Shown: in pieces, positions 1-9,818 of the stretch
Numbering within the stretch: position 1 is the stretch's first letter
Layout of the letters: each line of letters starts with the position of its first letter
Assembly (NCBI GenBank): GCA_945869265.1
Contig: CAMBOI010000007.1
Span: forward strand, 6,985 to 70,984
Reading direction: 5' to 3'
Source of the DNA: an uncultured Prevotella sp.
GTDB lineage: Bacteria > Bacteroidota > Bacteroidia > Bacteroidales > Bacteroidaceae
Length of the DNA: 64,000 nucleotides
Translations under genes and position numbers: made by a program
The notes under the pieces: generated by a model
Told to the model about the DNA's origin: nothing
Seen by the model: the letters and a program-made list of their open reading frames with translations, nothing else
Databases searched by the model: none

Positions 1-285
1 GCACAGTATTGTCCTACAGATTCTGCTATGGCAAAGGAGCAGAAGCGCATAGAAGCCGAATTACTTAAATTTAGCAAGAACATATATGGCGACCAGGCCC
101 GCAAAGACTCACTGGACAGCATAGCGAAAATTGACCCGAAATTAGCGAAGAAGGCAGCCAAAAAGGCTAAGACCTCACGTCGCTCTTCCACCTCAACTGT
201 AAAGGTAAAGAGCAGTTCAAGCAGCAAGTCATCCTCTTCGGGTAGCAGTGCTGCACGCGTATCAGTGCGTCGCCAGCGTCATTAA
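1..285 (+). CDS. 3' end of an unidentified protein (partial, Lys/Ser-rich tail)
   Basis: The frame is open from base 1 through the ATG at 28 to the stop at 283-285, so the gene probably starts upstream of the window. It has a low-complexity KKAAKKAK...SSSSSKSSSS tail. No family recognised. Confidence 0.3.
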   Translation, partial: AQYCPTDSAMAKEQKRIEAELLKFSKNIYGDQARKDSLDSIAKIDPKLAKKAAKKAKTSRRSSTSTVKVKSSSSSKSSSSGSSAARVSVRRQRH

Positions 286-323
286 TCAATATTTTTTATT
301 ATTAACAATAAAGTTTTTCGATT

Positions 324-920
324 ATGAAGAAATTTTTTACTACTATCGTGTTGATGGCAGCAATGTTAGTTGCCATTCCCGCCAAGGCAGGAATAAACTT
401 TGGTATCAAGGGCGGTTACAACATCACAAACTTTAGTTTTAGTGAAGATGTAATAGCAAAGGACAATCAGCAGGGATTTTTCATTGGTCCGTCTTTGAAG
501 ATTGGTATCCCTGTGTTGCCACTTGGTTTTGAGATAGCTGCTCTTTACGACCAGCGTGATGCAAAGCTCGAGGGAGAGAAAATCTCTCAGAAGAGCATTA
601 ACATCCCTATTAACGTGCGCTATGAATTAGGATTAGGTGACATGGCTGGTATTTATGTTGCCGCAGGTCCGCAGTTTGGATTTAACATTGGTGACAAGAA
701 GTTCTCTTTCTCAAATGCCAATGACTATGAGATGAAGGACAGTAACTTGAGTCTCAATCTTGGTGCCGGTATTCGTCTTGTTTCGCATTTGGAGATTGGT
801 TTCAACTACAACATCGCTCTTGGTAAGACTGGTGAGTTCAACGAAGTTGATGGAGCAAAGAATCTCGTGGGTAATGGCAAGGCTAATGCTTGGCAGATTT
901 CAGCAGCCTACTATTTCTAA
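324..920 (+). CDS. small outer-membrane beta-barrel protein (OmpW/OmpA-like porin family)
   Basis: Signal peptide MKKFFTTIVLMAAMLVAIPAKA, alternating beta-strand pattern, and a C-terminal aromatic ending ...SAAYYF typical of OM barrels. Confidence 0.7.
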   Translation: MKKFFTTIVLMAAMLVAIPAKAGINFGIKGGYNITNFSFSEDVIAKDNQQGFFIGPSLKIGIPVLPLGFEIAALYDQRDAKLEGEKISQKSINIPINVRYELGLGDMAGIYVAAGPQFGFNIGDKKFSFSNANDYEMKDSNLSLNLGAGIRLVSHLEIGFNYNIALGKTGEFNEVDGAKNLVGNGKANAWQISAAYYF

Positions 921-970
921 ATAGTTGGTGATTAGTAGAATTATCATAGAATAGAATTTGAAAAATGGAG

Positions 971-1006
971 TAGGGCAATACAACCGATTGTGGTTGTACT
1001 GCCCTA
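971..1006. terminator. bidirectional hairpin between convergent genes
   Basis: tagggcaatacaacc (971-985) pairs with ggttgtactgcccta (992-1006): a 15-bp stem with 1 mismatch and a 6-nt loop. It lies between the barrel gene (+) and priA (-). Confidence 0.55.
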
Positions 1007-1193
1007 ACATAATCTATATTTTATCATTTTATATCAATTTTGCGGGCAAAGATACATCTTTTATTTTATAGATTGTGTAAATAAAATGGAAATTGTTTAT
1101 TCCCAAATGAAATTGAACCAATTTGAACCAAAATCCTATTGCTATTTTTAGCTTACTGTTGGGAGTATTCTATATAGATTCCATAACGATATC

Positions 1194-3458
1194 CTATACA
1201 GGATCCACGTCGAAATAGATAACAAGAGAATTAAAACGCTTATCCTTCATAAGGTCGGATTGGGCATTGCGCAGATATTGTCTCACCTTGTATATGTCAA
1301 TGCCGTTCTCCAGTTTTAACATCAGTTTCCTTATGTTCAACGACTTCACCTTGGCAACTGATGGTTTGTCTGGACCAAGGACACGCTCGCCAAACCACAT
1401 TCGAAGTTTGAATGCAAGGGTGGCTGCCGCACTCTGTACAGTGGAGTCGTCCTTGTGCTTGAGATATACATATATCAGACGATAGAATGGTGGATAATGG
1501 AATTCCTTACGCTCAGCCGTCACACTGCGATACATAGCCTCGTAGTCGTTGTTCACCACCTGTTGCACGATTGGCAACTCGGGACTCTTCGTCTGCATTA
1601 TCACCAATCCTCGTTTCCCTTTCCTTCCTGCTCTTCCTCCCACTTGTGCCATCATCATGAAGGCATGCTCGTAGGCACGGAAGTCAGGGAAATTAAGCAT
1701 TGAGTCGGCATTTAGTATGCCCACAACACTCACATTTGCAAAGTCAAGCCCCTTGCTTATCATTTGCGTACCGATAAGAATGTTTGTGCGCCCGGCGGCA
1801 AAGTCGGTGATGATGCGCTCGTAGGCATTTCTCGTCTTTGTAGTGTCGAGATCCATGCGTGCCACCCTTGCCTCGGGGAAGATGTCTCGGATGGACTCCT
1901 CGATTTTTTCAGTACCATAGCCGCGGGTACGCAATTCCGTTCCCTCGCAGTTTGGGCATTTTGTTGGTATCGAATATGTATATCCGCAGTAGTGGCAAGT
2001 GAGTTGGTTGGTGTTGCGATGCAATGTAAGACTCACGTCACAATGCTGGCAATGAGGCACCCATCCGCATTGCTTGCACTCAATCATTGGTGCAAATCCG
2101 CGCCTGTTCTGGAATAATATGGCTTGCTTTCCATCTTCAATCGCCTTGCGCACCTCTGCCAACAGCATGGGAGAGAACGGACCGGTCATCATCTTGCGGT
2201 GTTGCAGGTCCTTGATGTCAACGATGCGAAATTCAGGCAGTTCGATTCCTGCGTGTCGCTGTGTGAGTGACACATAGCCGTATTTACCTGTCATGGCATT
2301 GTGATAGGTTTCTATTGATGGTGTGGCAGTGCCGAGCAATGTCTTTGCCCCATACATTGAGGCAAGCACTATGGCAGCACTGCGGGCATGATAGCGTGGC
2401 GAGGGATCTTGCTGTTTGAATGATGTCTCGTGTTCCTCGTCGATAATCACAAGTCCCAAGTTCTGAAATGGCAGGAATACCGCCGACCTCGCACCAAGAA
2501 TAACATCGTATGGGTCGTGCGACATCTGTTTCTTCCATATCTCCACTCTCTCAGCATCAGAATATTTGGAGTGATAAATGCCAAGGCGTTTGCCGAACAC
2601 CTTTTTCAGTCTCGACATAATCTGCACGGTAAGTGCAATCTCTGGCAGCAGATAAAGCACCTGTTTCTTTTCGTCAAGGGCATGTTGAATGAGGTGTATG
2701 TAAATCTCAGTCTTGCCGCTTGATGTCACGCCGTGTAGCAAGGTGACATTATTCTTCATCATTGAGAATAATATGCCGTTGTATGCTTCAGTTTGCGCAG
2801 GGCTTAGTGAGTTAATGTTTTCAGGATTAGCCTCTCTGGAATCATTAAGTCTTCCCACCTCCTTCTCGAATGTCTCAAGCATCCCTCTCTTTACAAGCAT
2901 ATTGATGATTGGCAATGTGGAGTGAGTGGCGTTCATGAGTTCCTCGCGTGTTATTTCCTCTATACTCCTGCCATATTCAGCCTCGTCCCAATGAGATATT
3001 TGTAGATATCCCAAGAAAGCGGCAAGTTGCTTTTCTGCACGATTTAGCATATTGATGGCAATGTGCAGTGCCTCCACATTCCTGTACTTTTCCGCCAATC
3101 GGATATATGTCTCAGTCTTCGGTTTATATCCGTCCTCTGCCTTTAAGCCCGAAGGCATGGCAGCCTTGTAGATGTCGCCTATCGGTGCGAGGTAATACTC
3201 GGCAATCCATTGCCACAGTTTGAGCTGCTTGTCAAGTAGCATGGGGTTCTCGTCGGCAATGTCAATGATATCCTTTGTTTTGTATCCCTTTGGCTCTTCA
3301 TCGTGAGTCCTCACCACTATTCCGATATACGTCTTCTTAGGACCGAAATTCACTAATACGCGCATACCGAATGCAATCTGTTCCCGCAGTCTTTCAGGAA
3401 CGGCATAGGTGAAATAGCCCTCAAGTGGAACAGGCAATAAGATATCAGCGTATTTCAT
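1194..3458 (-). CDS. priA: primosomal protein N' (replication restart helicase PriA)
   Basis: N-terminus MKYADILLPVPLEGYFTY, Walker A GVTSSGKTE, DEEH box IIDEEHE, and Cys-rich zinc ribbons CKQCGW..CQHCD..CHYCG..CPNC. Start set to ATG 3458 (the track start at 3467 is TTG). Confidence 0.92.
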   Translation of the reverse strand: MKYADILLPVPLEGYFTYAVPERLREQIAFGMRVLVNFGPKKTYIGIVVRTHDEEPKGYKTKDIIDIADENPMLLDKQLKLWQWIAEYYLAPIGDIYKAAMPSGLKAEDGYKPKTETYIRLAEKYRNVEALHIAINMLNRAEKQLAAFLGYLQISHWDEAEYGRSIEEITREELMNATHSTLPIINMLVKRGMLETFEKEVGRLNDSREANPENINSLSPAQTEAYNGILFSMMKNNVTLLHGVTSSGKTEIYIHLIQHALDEKKQVLYLLPEIALTVQIMSRLKKVFGKRLGIYHSKYSDAERVEIWKKQMSHDPYDVILGARSAVFLPFQNLGLVIIDEEHETSFKQQDPSPRYHARSAAIVLASMYGAKTLLGTATPSIETYHNAMTGKYGYVSLTQRHAGIELPEFRIVDIKDLQHRKMMTGPFSPMLLAEVRKAIEDGKQAILFQNRRGFAPMIECKQCGWVPHCQHCDVSLTLHRNTNQLTCHYCGYTYSIPTKCPNCEGTELRTRGYGTEKIEESIRDIFPEARVARMDLDTTKTRNAYERIITDFAAGRTNILIGTQMISKGLDFANVSVVGILNADSMLNFPDFRAYEHAFMMMAQVGGRAGRKGKRGLVIMQTKSPELPIVQQVVNNDYEAMYRSVTAERKEFHYPPFYRLIYVYLKHKDDSTVQSAAATLAFKLRMWFGERVLGPDKPSVAKVKSLNIRKLMLKLENGIDIYKVRQYLRNAQSDLMKDKRFNSLVIYFDVDPV

Positions 3459-3468
3459 GAGAAACAAA

Positions 3469-5019
3469 TTAGAATAATGTTCTTTCTGCCCAGTCGCCGC
3501 GGTCGAGATTACGATAACCTACAGCTTCGGCTATGTGGTTGAGTTGCACTTGGGGAGAGCCTGCCAAGTCGGCTATTGTGCGAGCCACCTTGAGAATACG
3601 CCCGTATGCTCGTGCCGACAGTTTCAGTTTCTCCATAGCCATACGTAGCATGTCGAGAGACTTCTCGTCGGGCTGTGCGTACTCATGTAGCATACGTTCG
3701 GTCATCTGCGCATTGCAGTGTATGCCCTTAATGTCCTTATATCGTTCTTCCTGTATTCTGCGTGCAGCAATCACACGCTCACGGATTGCGGCACTGGGTT
3801 CTCCTGGCTTCATGACAGATAGGTCCTTAAATGCCACTGGTTGGATTTCGCATTGAATATCAATGCGGTCAAGAAGCGGACCGCTTATCTTATTCATATA
3901 TCTCTGTATCTGTCCCGGTGTACAAACGCAATTGTGTGTAGAGTCACCATAATAGCCGCATGGACATGGGTTCATTGATGCTACAAACATAAATGAACAA
4001 GGGTATTCAACGGTGTATTTCGAGCGTGAGATAGTAATCTTACGGTCTTCCAAGGGTTGACGCATAACTTCAAGAACGCTACGGTTGAATTCCGGCAATT
4101 CATCACAGAAAAGCACCCCATTGTGAGCCAATGATATTTCTCCAGGCTGAGGATTGGTGCCGCCACCGACAAGAGCCACCGAGGATATAGTGTGGTGAGG
4201 CGAACGGAACGGCCGCTGGGAAATGAGTGATGTATCGCGACTAAGTTTTCCTGCCACACTATGTATCTGTGTCGTTTCCAGACTCTCGGAGAGTGACAGT
4301 GGAGGCAAGATGGAGGGCAAACGTTTTGCCATCATCGACTTACCGCTTCCCGGAGGCCCCACCATAATAATGTTATGCCCACCTGCTGCAGCCACCTCAA
4401 GTGCACGTTTAACATTCTCTTGTCCCTTAACATCAGCAAAGTCGAGGTCAAACTGGCATTGCTGCTGATAGAAGACGGCACGAGTGTCAATTTTCTCGGG
4501 TTGGTATTCGTCGCTGCCATTAAAGAATCTGACAACATCCGAAAGGCTGTCCATACCGTAAACATCGAGATTATTTACCACAGCAGCCTCGCGCACGTTC
4601 TCGTGTGGCACAATAAGTCCGCGGAAATGTTCCTTGCGCGCTCTAATGGCAATAGGCAAGGCACCGCGTATTGGTCGCAGTGAGCCGTCAAGGCCAAGTT
4701 CGCCCACAAGCATATACTCCTTGAGTCGGTCACTCTCCACCTTACAATCTGCTGCCAGTATTCCAATGGCAAGAGGCAGGTCGTATCCGCTACCCTCCTT
4801 GCGGATGTCGGCAGGAGACAGATTGACTGTAATATCAGAAATAGGCATTCTGAAACCAATATTTGTGAGTGCGGCTTTTATTCGGTCGTAGCTCTCTTTA
4901 ATGCTGGTATCAGCCAAACCTGACAAATGAAACATCACACCACGGTCGATATTTATTTCGACAGTGACGGTGATGGCCTCAAGGCCCATTACGGCTGCGC
5001 AGAAAGTCTTTACTAACAC
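3469..5019 (-). CDS. comM: YifB/ComM family Mg-chelatase-like AAA+ ATPase
   Basis: N-terminus MLVKTFCAAVMGLEA..., Walker A GPPGSGKS, Mg-chelatase subunit-like C-terminus. The start codon appears to be GTG. Confidence 0.9.
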   Translation of the reverse strand: MLVKTFCAAVMGLEAITVTVEINIDRGVMFHLSGLADTSIKESYDRIKAALTNIGFRMPISDITVNLSPADIRKEGSGYDLPLAIGILAADCKVESDRLKEYMLVGELGLDGSLRPIRGALPIAIRARKEHFRGLIVPHENVREAAVVNNLDVYGMDSLSDVVRFFNGSDEYQPEKIDTRAVFYQQQCQFDLDFADVKGQENVKRALEVAAAGGHNIIMVGPPGSGKSMMAKRLPSILPPLSLSESLETTQIHSVAGKLSRDTSLISQRPFRSPHHTISSVALVGGGTNPQPGEISLAHNGVLFCDELPEFNRSVLEVMRQPLEDRKITISRSKYTVEYPCSFMFVASMNPCPCGYYGDSTHNCVCTPGQIQRYMNKISGPLLDRIDIQCEIQPVAFKDLSVMKPGEPSAAIRERVIAARRIQEERYKDIKGIHCNAQMTERMLHEYAQPDEKSLDMLRMAMEKLKLSARAYGRILKVARTIADLAGSPQVQLNHIAEAVGYRNLDRGDWAERTLF

Positions 5020-5057
5020 TTTATCCTTCGGAAATTAAAGAATTAATAAAAAAATAA

Positions 5058-5480
5058 TTAAAGTCCCTTGGTCTTGAATGCCAATGCGTACATCTTCATC
5101 TGTTTCATCATTGCAAGCAGACCATTGCTGCGTGTCGGACTGAGGTGTTCCTTTAGTCCTATCTTGTCGATGAAGTATAGGTCGGCATCAATAATTTCCT
5201 GCGGGGTATGATCGCTGAGCACGCGTATGAGCAGTGCAATAATTCCCTTGACGATGAGTGCATCGCTTTCAGCCGTGAAATGCAGTAGGCCGTCGCTATA
5301 GTCGCACTGAAGCCACACTCGGCTTTGGCATCCGTCGATGAGATTACTCTCTGTCTTGTATTTCTCGTCGAGCGGAGCTTGTTCATTACCTAAGTCTATG
5401 AGCAACTGGTACTTGTCCATCCAATCGTCAAAACCGGAGAACTCCTCTATTATCTCGTCTTGTATTTCATTTATTGTCAT
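5058..5480 (-). CDS. sufE: SufE-like cysteine desulfuration (sulfur acceptor) protein
   Basis: 140 aa with the SufE/CsdE active-site context IDGCQSRVWL. Confidence 0.85.
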   Translation of the reverse strand: MTINEIQDEIIEEFSGFDDWMDKYQLLIDLGNEQAPLDEKYKTESNLIDGCQSRVWLQCDYSDGLLHFTAESDALIVKGIIALLIRVLSDHTPQEIIDADLYFIDKIGLKEHLSPTRSNGLLAMMKQMKMYALAFKTKGL

Positions 5481-5518
5481 GATATAATATATAATTTACA
5501 ACATTCAGCTTTCAATAT

Positions 5519-6769
5519 TCAACTTTTTGCTTCAACTATCTTGAATAGTTTGTCGCTTTGTCTTATCTTACCCGGAACAGGTATTGACACATGTGTGCCC
5601 TTGGGAGCATGCTCCACGGGGTCGAGTTCAAGTCGTATTTCCTTGGCTTCGAGATACATCACACCCGTTGTTGGTCCCGTGACAAGTAGTTTGTCGCCCA
5701 ACTTAAAGTCGGCTGCCTCGACCGTAAATTCCGCAACGCCGAGTTTGCTGAAGTATTTCACTCCTTTGCCGATATACACCTTGCGCTCCGTAGCGTTCGA
5801 CCCGTAGTTCTTGTTCCATTCGCCAAGAGTCTGACCTTGGTAATAGCCGTCCCAAAATCCGCGGTTGAACACCGTGGCGAGTTGGCGGTCCCATTCGTCC
5901 TTCTTCTCCTCGGTGATAGTGCCTTCGAGCACACTGCGTATAGCCTCTTTATATGTTTTGACGACGGTATATACATATTCGGGACCTCGGGCGCGACCCT
6001 CGATTTTGAACACCCTTACTCCCGACTCCATCATGCGGTCGATAAACCGCACTGTCTTCAGGTCTTTGGGACTCATGATATACTTGTTGTCAATCTCAAG
6101 TTGGTTACCCGTTTCGGCATCAGTCACCACGTATGAGCGTCGGCATATCTGAATACATTCGCCGCGGTTGGCTGATCGTCCGGCGTTGGCAAGGCTGAGA
6201 TAGCACTTGCCGCTAATAGCCATACATAGTGCGCCATGACAGAACATCTCTATGCGGATGGGTTTGCCCGACGGACCGCATATATTCTGCTCTATGGCTT
6301 GGCGATGTATCTCTGCCACCTGGTCCATATTCAGTTCACGTGCAAGCACAACCACGTCGGCAAACTGTGCATAGAATCTTAGAGCCTCGATGTTGCTTAT
6401 GTTGAGCTGAGTGGAGAGATGTACTTCCTGACCCACACTGTTGCAGTAGGTCATGACAGCCACATCACTCGCAATCACAGCCGATATGCCGGCATCGTGG
6501 GCTGCATCCACAATCTCGTGCATGGTGGGAATGTCCTCGCCATAGATGATGGTGTTGACGGTGAGGTAGGTCTTTATGCCATGTTCATTGCATGTGGCTG
6601 CAATCTCTCTCAGGTCGTCAATTGTGAATGCACTTGCCGACCCTGCACGCATATTCAGTTTGCCAATGCCGAAATATATGGAGTCGGCACCAGCCTGAAT
6701 GGCAGCCGCAAGGCTTTCTCTTGACCCCACGGGTGCCATTATCTCGTATTGTGATAAATCTTTGTCCAT
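5519..6769 (-). CDS. U32 family protein (annotated peptidase U32; likely Fe-S dependent hydroxylase type)
   Basis: N-terminus YEIMAPVGSRESLAAAIQAGADSIYFG. Cys motif C-x6-C-x15-C-x3-C: CMAISGKC YLSLANAGRSANRGE C IQI C. Confidence 0.85.
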   Translation of the reverse strand: MDKDLSQYEIMAPVGSRESLAAAIQAGADSIYFGIGKLNMRAGSASAFTIDDLREIAATCNEHGIKTYLTVNTIIYGEDIPTMHEIVDAAHDAGISAVIASDVAVMTYCNSVGQEVHLSTQLNISNIEALRFYAQFADVVVLARELNMDQVAEIHRQAIEQNICGPSGKPIRIEMFCHGALCMAISGKCYLSLANAGRSANRGECIQICRRSYVVTDAETGNQLEIDNKYIMSPKDLKTVRFIDRMMESGVRVFKIEGRARGPEYVYTVVKTYKEAIRSVLEGTITEEKKDEWDRQLATVFNRGFWDGYYQGQTLGEWNKNYGSNATERKVYIGKGVKYFSKLGVAEFTVEAADFKLGDKLLVTGPTTGVMYLEAKEIRLELDPVEHAPKGTHVSIPVPGKIRQSDKLFKIVEAKS

Positions 6770-6868
6770 TTCGCTGCAAAGTTAGTGCAATAATGTGTAA
6801 ATACAAAATAAATGTGGCAAAACTTTCATTTTTTTCTTTCAGTGATGTTGGTTTTTCTCAATTTTGAT

Positions 6869-6876
6869 TACCTTTG
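6869..6876 (+). promoter_or_regulatory. Bacteroidota -7 promoter box TAccTTTG
   Basis: ttaCCTTTGcacc lies 27 nt upstream of ATG 6903 and matches the TAnnTTTG consensus of the Bacteroides primary sigma factor. Confidence 0.5.
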
Positions 6877-6902
6877 CACCGTTATTATGACAATATCAAT
6901 AT

Positions 6903-7967
6903 ATGATGAAGCAGATTATTATTATATTTGTCGCAGTTATCATGATGTGCCGTTGTGGCAGTCGAACAGGCAATAATGTCCAAGATGGTGGATATACAGG
7001 TGAGTTTCGTATAGAACATATCAATGGAATGACTCCTGTGAAAAACCAAGGTTTCGGTTCTGCATGTTGGGCATACGCCATGCTTGCTGCCATTGAGACT
7101 ACTCATATCTCTATGGGCGACTCGGTAAATCTCTCCCCCTCGTGGGCGATAAGGGCAATGATAAAGGAGTCGTACATGAGGAATGTGCTAAGTAGAGGTG
7201 GTGATAAGGGTAGCGTCAGGGCAACAGGCATGACCTTGTTGAATATCATCCAACGGCATGGTATTGTGCCCTATGATTCCTATCCCGACCGCGACGGAAA
7301 GGGCGTATCAACATCACTATTGCTCAACAAGACGAGGTTGATTGCTGAAAAAGCTGTTAATGCCCGCAAGGGCTATAACATTTATATGCCGTCACTTGTG
7401 GGAATGCTTGACGAAACCCTTGGTTATGGGCCGAAGAATGTGTATATGTTGGGAGCGCAATACACGCCGTTGGAGTTTGCCCATAGCGTGTGTCGTCCCG
7501 ACGAGTATATTGCCTTCGCGAGTTGCACCCATCATGCCTTTGGCAAGTGTTTTGACCTGGAAGTTGCTGATAACTGGGAGCACAACTTGTTTTATAATAT
7601 TCCTATAGACAAGCTTTTGTCATGTGTGGAAAAAGCAGTGCGTAGCGGTAGGGGAGTATGTTGGGAAGGCGACATCTCGGAACCAGGATTTAGTTTCAGC
7701 AGGGGGATAGCCTCTTTGGATATCCCTAAGGGTACTGATGTGCAACGTTTGCGACAGAAGATGATAGAATCATATACGACAACCGACGACCACTGTATGG
7801 CGATCGTCGGTATAGCCCGCAACAAAAGTGGGGAGAAATATTTTGTTATGAAAAACTCATGGGGCACAGACAATCCCTACGGAGGACTGATGTTTGTGTC
7901 GGCTGATTATCTGAGACTGAAGACCATTGCGGTTTTCCTTCCCCGCATATGCAATGATAAATATTAA
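6903..7967 (+). CDS. C1 (papain) family cysteine peptidase, lipoprotein-type signal
   Basis: NQGFGSACWAYAM (catalytic Cys context), DDHCMAIVG (His), KNSWG (Asn/Trp). N-terminal hydrophobic signal ending in Cys. Confidence 0.8.
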   Translation: MMKQIIIIFVAVIMMCRCGSRTGNNVQDGGYTGEFRIEHINGMTPVKNQGFGSACWAYAMLAAIETTHISMGDSVNLSPSWAIRAMIKESYMRNVLSRGGDKGSVRATGMTLLNIIQRHGIVPYDSYPDRDGKGVSTSLLLNKTRLIAEKAVNARKGYNIYMPSLVGMLDETLGYGPKNVYMLGAQYTPLEFAHSVCRPDEYIAFASCTHHAFGKCFDLEVADNWEHNLFYNIPIDKLLSCVEKAVRSGRGVCWEGDISEPGFSFSRGIASLDIPKGTDVQRLRQKMIESYTTTDDHCMAIVGIARNKSGEKYFVMKNSWGTDNPYGGLMFVSADYLRLKTIAVFLPRICNDKY

Positions 7968-8611
7968 AGCGATATAGTCTTTTCCACTTGTCCCGAATAA
8001 GTGTTTAATGTTATATGCACACTGTCAGTGGGTATTGAGTCGCATGGAATGCTGAGAAAAAATTGCGTAGAGTATTTCTCAGGTACGTCGCCTTGCGAGT
8101 GGAGCATGGTGAGATGAGTGGTTGTCCGTCCGTCATCTGCCGTAGTGACACCAGTGCGCAACAAACCGATTGTCTGATGCGCATTCTCAACAGAAGTGTT
8201 GCCTACCTTTATCCATATTGAGAGATTGACGAATGAGCCGTTCTTGCTACACCACATACTCTCGAACGTTATAGGATCGGTAATAACTTTCTCTACAGAA
8301 TCCACTGGTATGAGGGTGGGCACATTGCCTATGCTTACGATTTTCGCCTTGCCATTCCCCACCTTATTATAATATGCCACGGCACGATAGGTGGAGTCGG
8401 CAGTGGTAATCCACTTCGCCGTTACCGGTTCATCGATGGTCAGTTTTGTATTGTCGTCAATCACAATATGGTCGATAGCCTTGTTGCTATTGGCATGTGC
8501 CAACAGCAAGTCTGCAGTTGTGAGCGAACTCTCGCCCGTGCCCTTGTCATAGCTATCATTCTCGCATGCAACGAATAACAATGCGGCAAATATCAGTGGA
8601 AAATATTTCAT
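7964..8611 (-). CDS. lipoprotein, NigD-like (tentative)
   Basis: Lipobox LLFVAC. The overall beta-rich pattern and the HSQGDVPEKYSTQ segment resemble Bacteroides NigD-like lipoproteins from memory. Start set to ATG 8611. Confidence 0.45.
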   Translation of the reverse strand: MKYFPLIFAALLFVACENDSYDKGTGESSLTTADLLLAHANSNKAIDHIVIDDNTKLTIDEPVTAKWITTADSTYRAVAYYNKVGNGKAKIVSIGNVPTLIPVDSVEKVITDPITFESMWCSKNGSFVNLSIWIKVGNTSVENAHQTIGLLRTGVTTADDGRTTTHLTMLHSQGDVPEKYSTQFFLSIPCDSIPTDSVHITLNTYSGQVEKTISL

Positions 8612-8620
8612 CTTCAACCT

Positions 8621-9778
8621 TCAATTTTCAATCTTAACCTTCAATTGATTCACCGCCGGATTGGCATACATCTTGAGCATACATTCCTTGAGGAAAGCCT
8701 CGTCCTTGTTGGGGATGGTTATCTTTCCCAGTTGTACTGCAAGGTATTTCTCGAATGTAGCCTTGTCCTCTGGAGTGTAGTGCTCCGCCATACGGTTGCC
8801 GCCTTCAAGCATATCCAAAGCAATATAGTTGTTAGGGAAGAGACGGTAGTTGGCATGAATACCCTTGTCGATATTTTCGGCAATGATGCGGAAGATGTCG
8901 GTCTTGGGAGTGTCTTCGGGAATAGATGCCAAGAAATCGTCGATACATGGTGCGCAATGATAATGGATTCGTCCCTTATAGCCCATGATGCCGGTTTGCA
9001 TGCTCAGCACATCGTCTGCCTTGGTCTTCTTCCATCCCTCCACGTCGCGCTTCAGTTGAAATTCCTGCGCCTTGAGCCAGTCGCAGGGGTCGTATTCATA
9101 ACTGATAGCCACAGGCACGATATGCAGTTGTTGCAGTCTTTCTGTCACAGAACCTTCGCCTCCCATAGCCATCATCTTTACGATAGATTCTTGGGTGCGG
9201 TCGTCACTGTCCTTAGCTCGTCCCTCACGTTGGGCAATCCAGATGTTGTCGTGCTTTTCGTTGATTACAAGGTGCATGTATTCAGCCATAGTGCGACTGT
9301 TGACAAGCATCTCTCGTATGCCTGCGCTACGCTTTACGATGAACGACTTGTTCACTCTCACGATGTCTTCAATCCACGGAGCTGCAAGCAGGTTGTCGCC
9401 AATGGCAATCTCGCATGTTGTCTTGAATCCAGAGTCGATGAGCATGACGTCAAGCAGTGCCGAGTCGAGTACGATGTCGCGATGATTGCTTACGAAGGTG
9501 TATCTACGCCTATTGTCAATTGCAGAGATGTCGATGTCGCATCCCTTGCTCGCCTTCGACAGAAGATCCTTGAGGAACGGATAGCAGAAAGCTATCTGGA
9601 ACTCAAGGTTGGTCTTACACAGCATAAGCTTTGCAGCCAATGCTTCGAACGGAACATGTGGGAATATCTTGCCCACAACTGTCTTAAACTGCTCGTCGGC
9701 AATAAGTCTGCCATACACTTCCGGCAGTTCCTCCGGCTCGTAAGGCCGGATGCTGTCATACTTCTCTGGTATCTTCAT
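8621..9778 (-). CDS. glycerolipid acyltransferase (PlsC/1-acyl-sn-glycerol-3-phosphate acyltransferase family)
   Basis: HX4D acyltransferase motif NHRDIVLD. 385 aa. Confidence 0.75.
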   Translation of the reverse strand: MKIPEKYDSIRPYEPEELPEVYGRLIADEQFKTVVGKIFPHVPFEALAAKLMLCKTNLEFQIAFCYPFLKDLLSKASKGCDIDISAIDNRRRYTFVSNHRDIVLDSALLDVMLIDSGFKTTCEIAIGDNLLAAPWIEDIVRVNKSFIVKRSAGIREMLVNSRTMAEYMHLVINEKHDNIWIAQREGRAKDSDDRTQESIVKMMAMGGEGSVTERLQQLHIVPVAISYEYDPCDWLKAQEFQLKRDVEGWKKTKADDVLSMQTGIMGYKGRIHYHCAPCIDDFLASIPEDTPKTDIFRIIAENIDKGIHANYRLFPNNYIALDMLEGGNRMAEHYTPEDKATFEKYLAVQLGKITIPNKDEAFLKECMLKMYANPAVNQLKVKIEN

Positions 9779-9783
9779 AGCAA

Positions 9784-9818
9784 TTCCTAATCCCTAATCC
9801 CTAATTCCTAATTCCTTA
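9784..9818. repeat. five tandem heptamers T(T/C)CCTAA (TTAGG(A/G)A on the coding strand)
   Basis: ttcctaa tccctaa tccctaa ttcctaa ttcctta fills the spacer between the ddl stop (9816-9818) and the acyltransferase start (9778). Confidence 0.85.

Noticed and set aside
8645-9790. 381-aa ORF on the plus strand that completely overlaps the acyltransferase gene.
   Set aside because: It is an antisense shadow ORF. The minus-strand product has a clear HX4D acyltransferase motif and a sensible start. The plus-strand product has no recognisable motif and an odd composition.
9784-9818. TTAGGG-containing heptamer tracts, considered as telomere-like repeats or a mini-CRISPR.
   Set aside because: The units are only 7 bp with no spacers, there are 4-5 copies, and they sit inside ordinary operons of a bacterial chromosome. 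No cas genes are present. They are reported as short tandem repeats instead.
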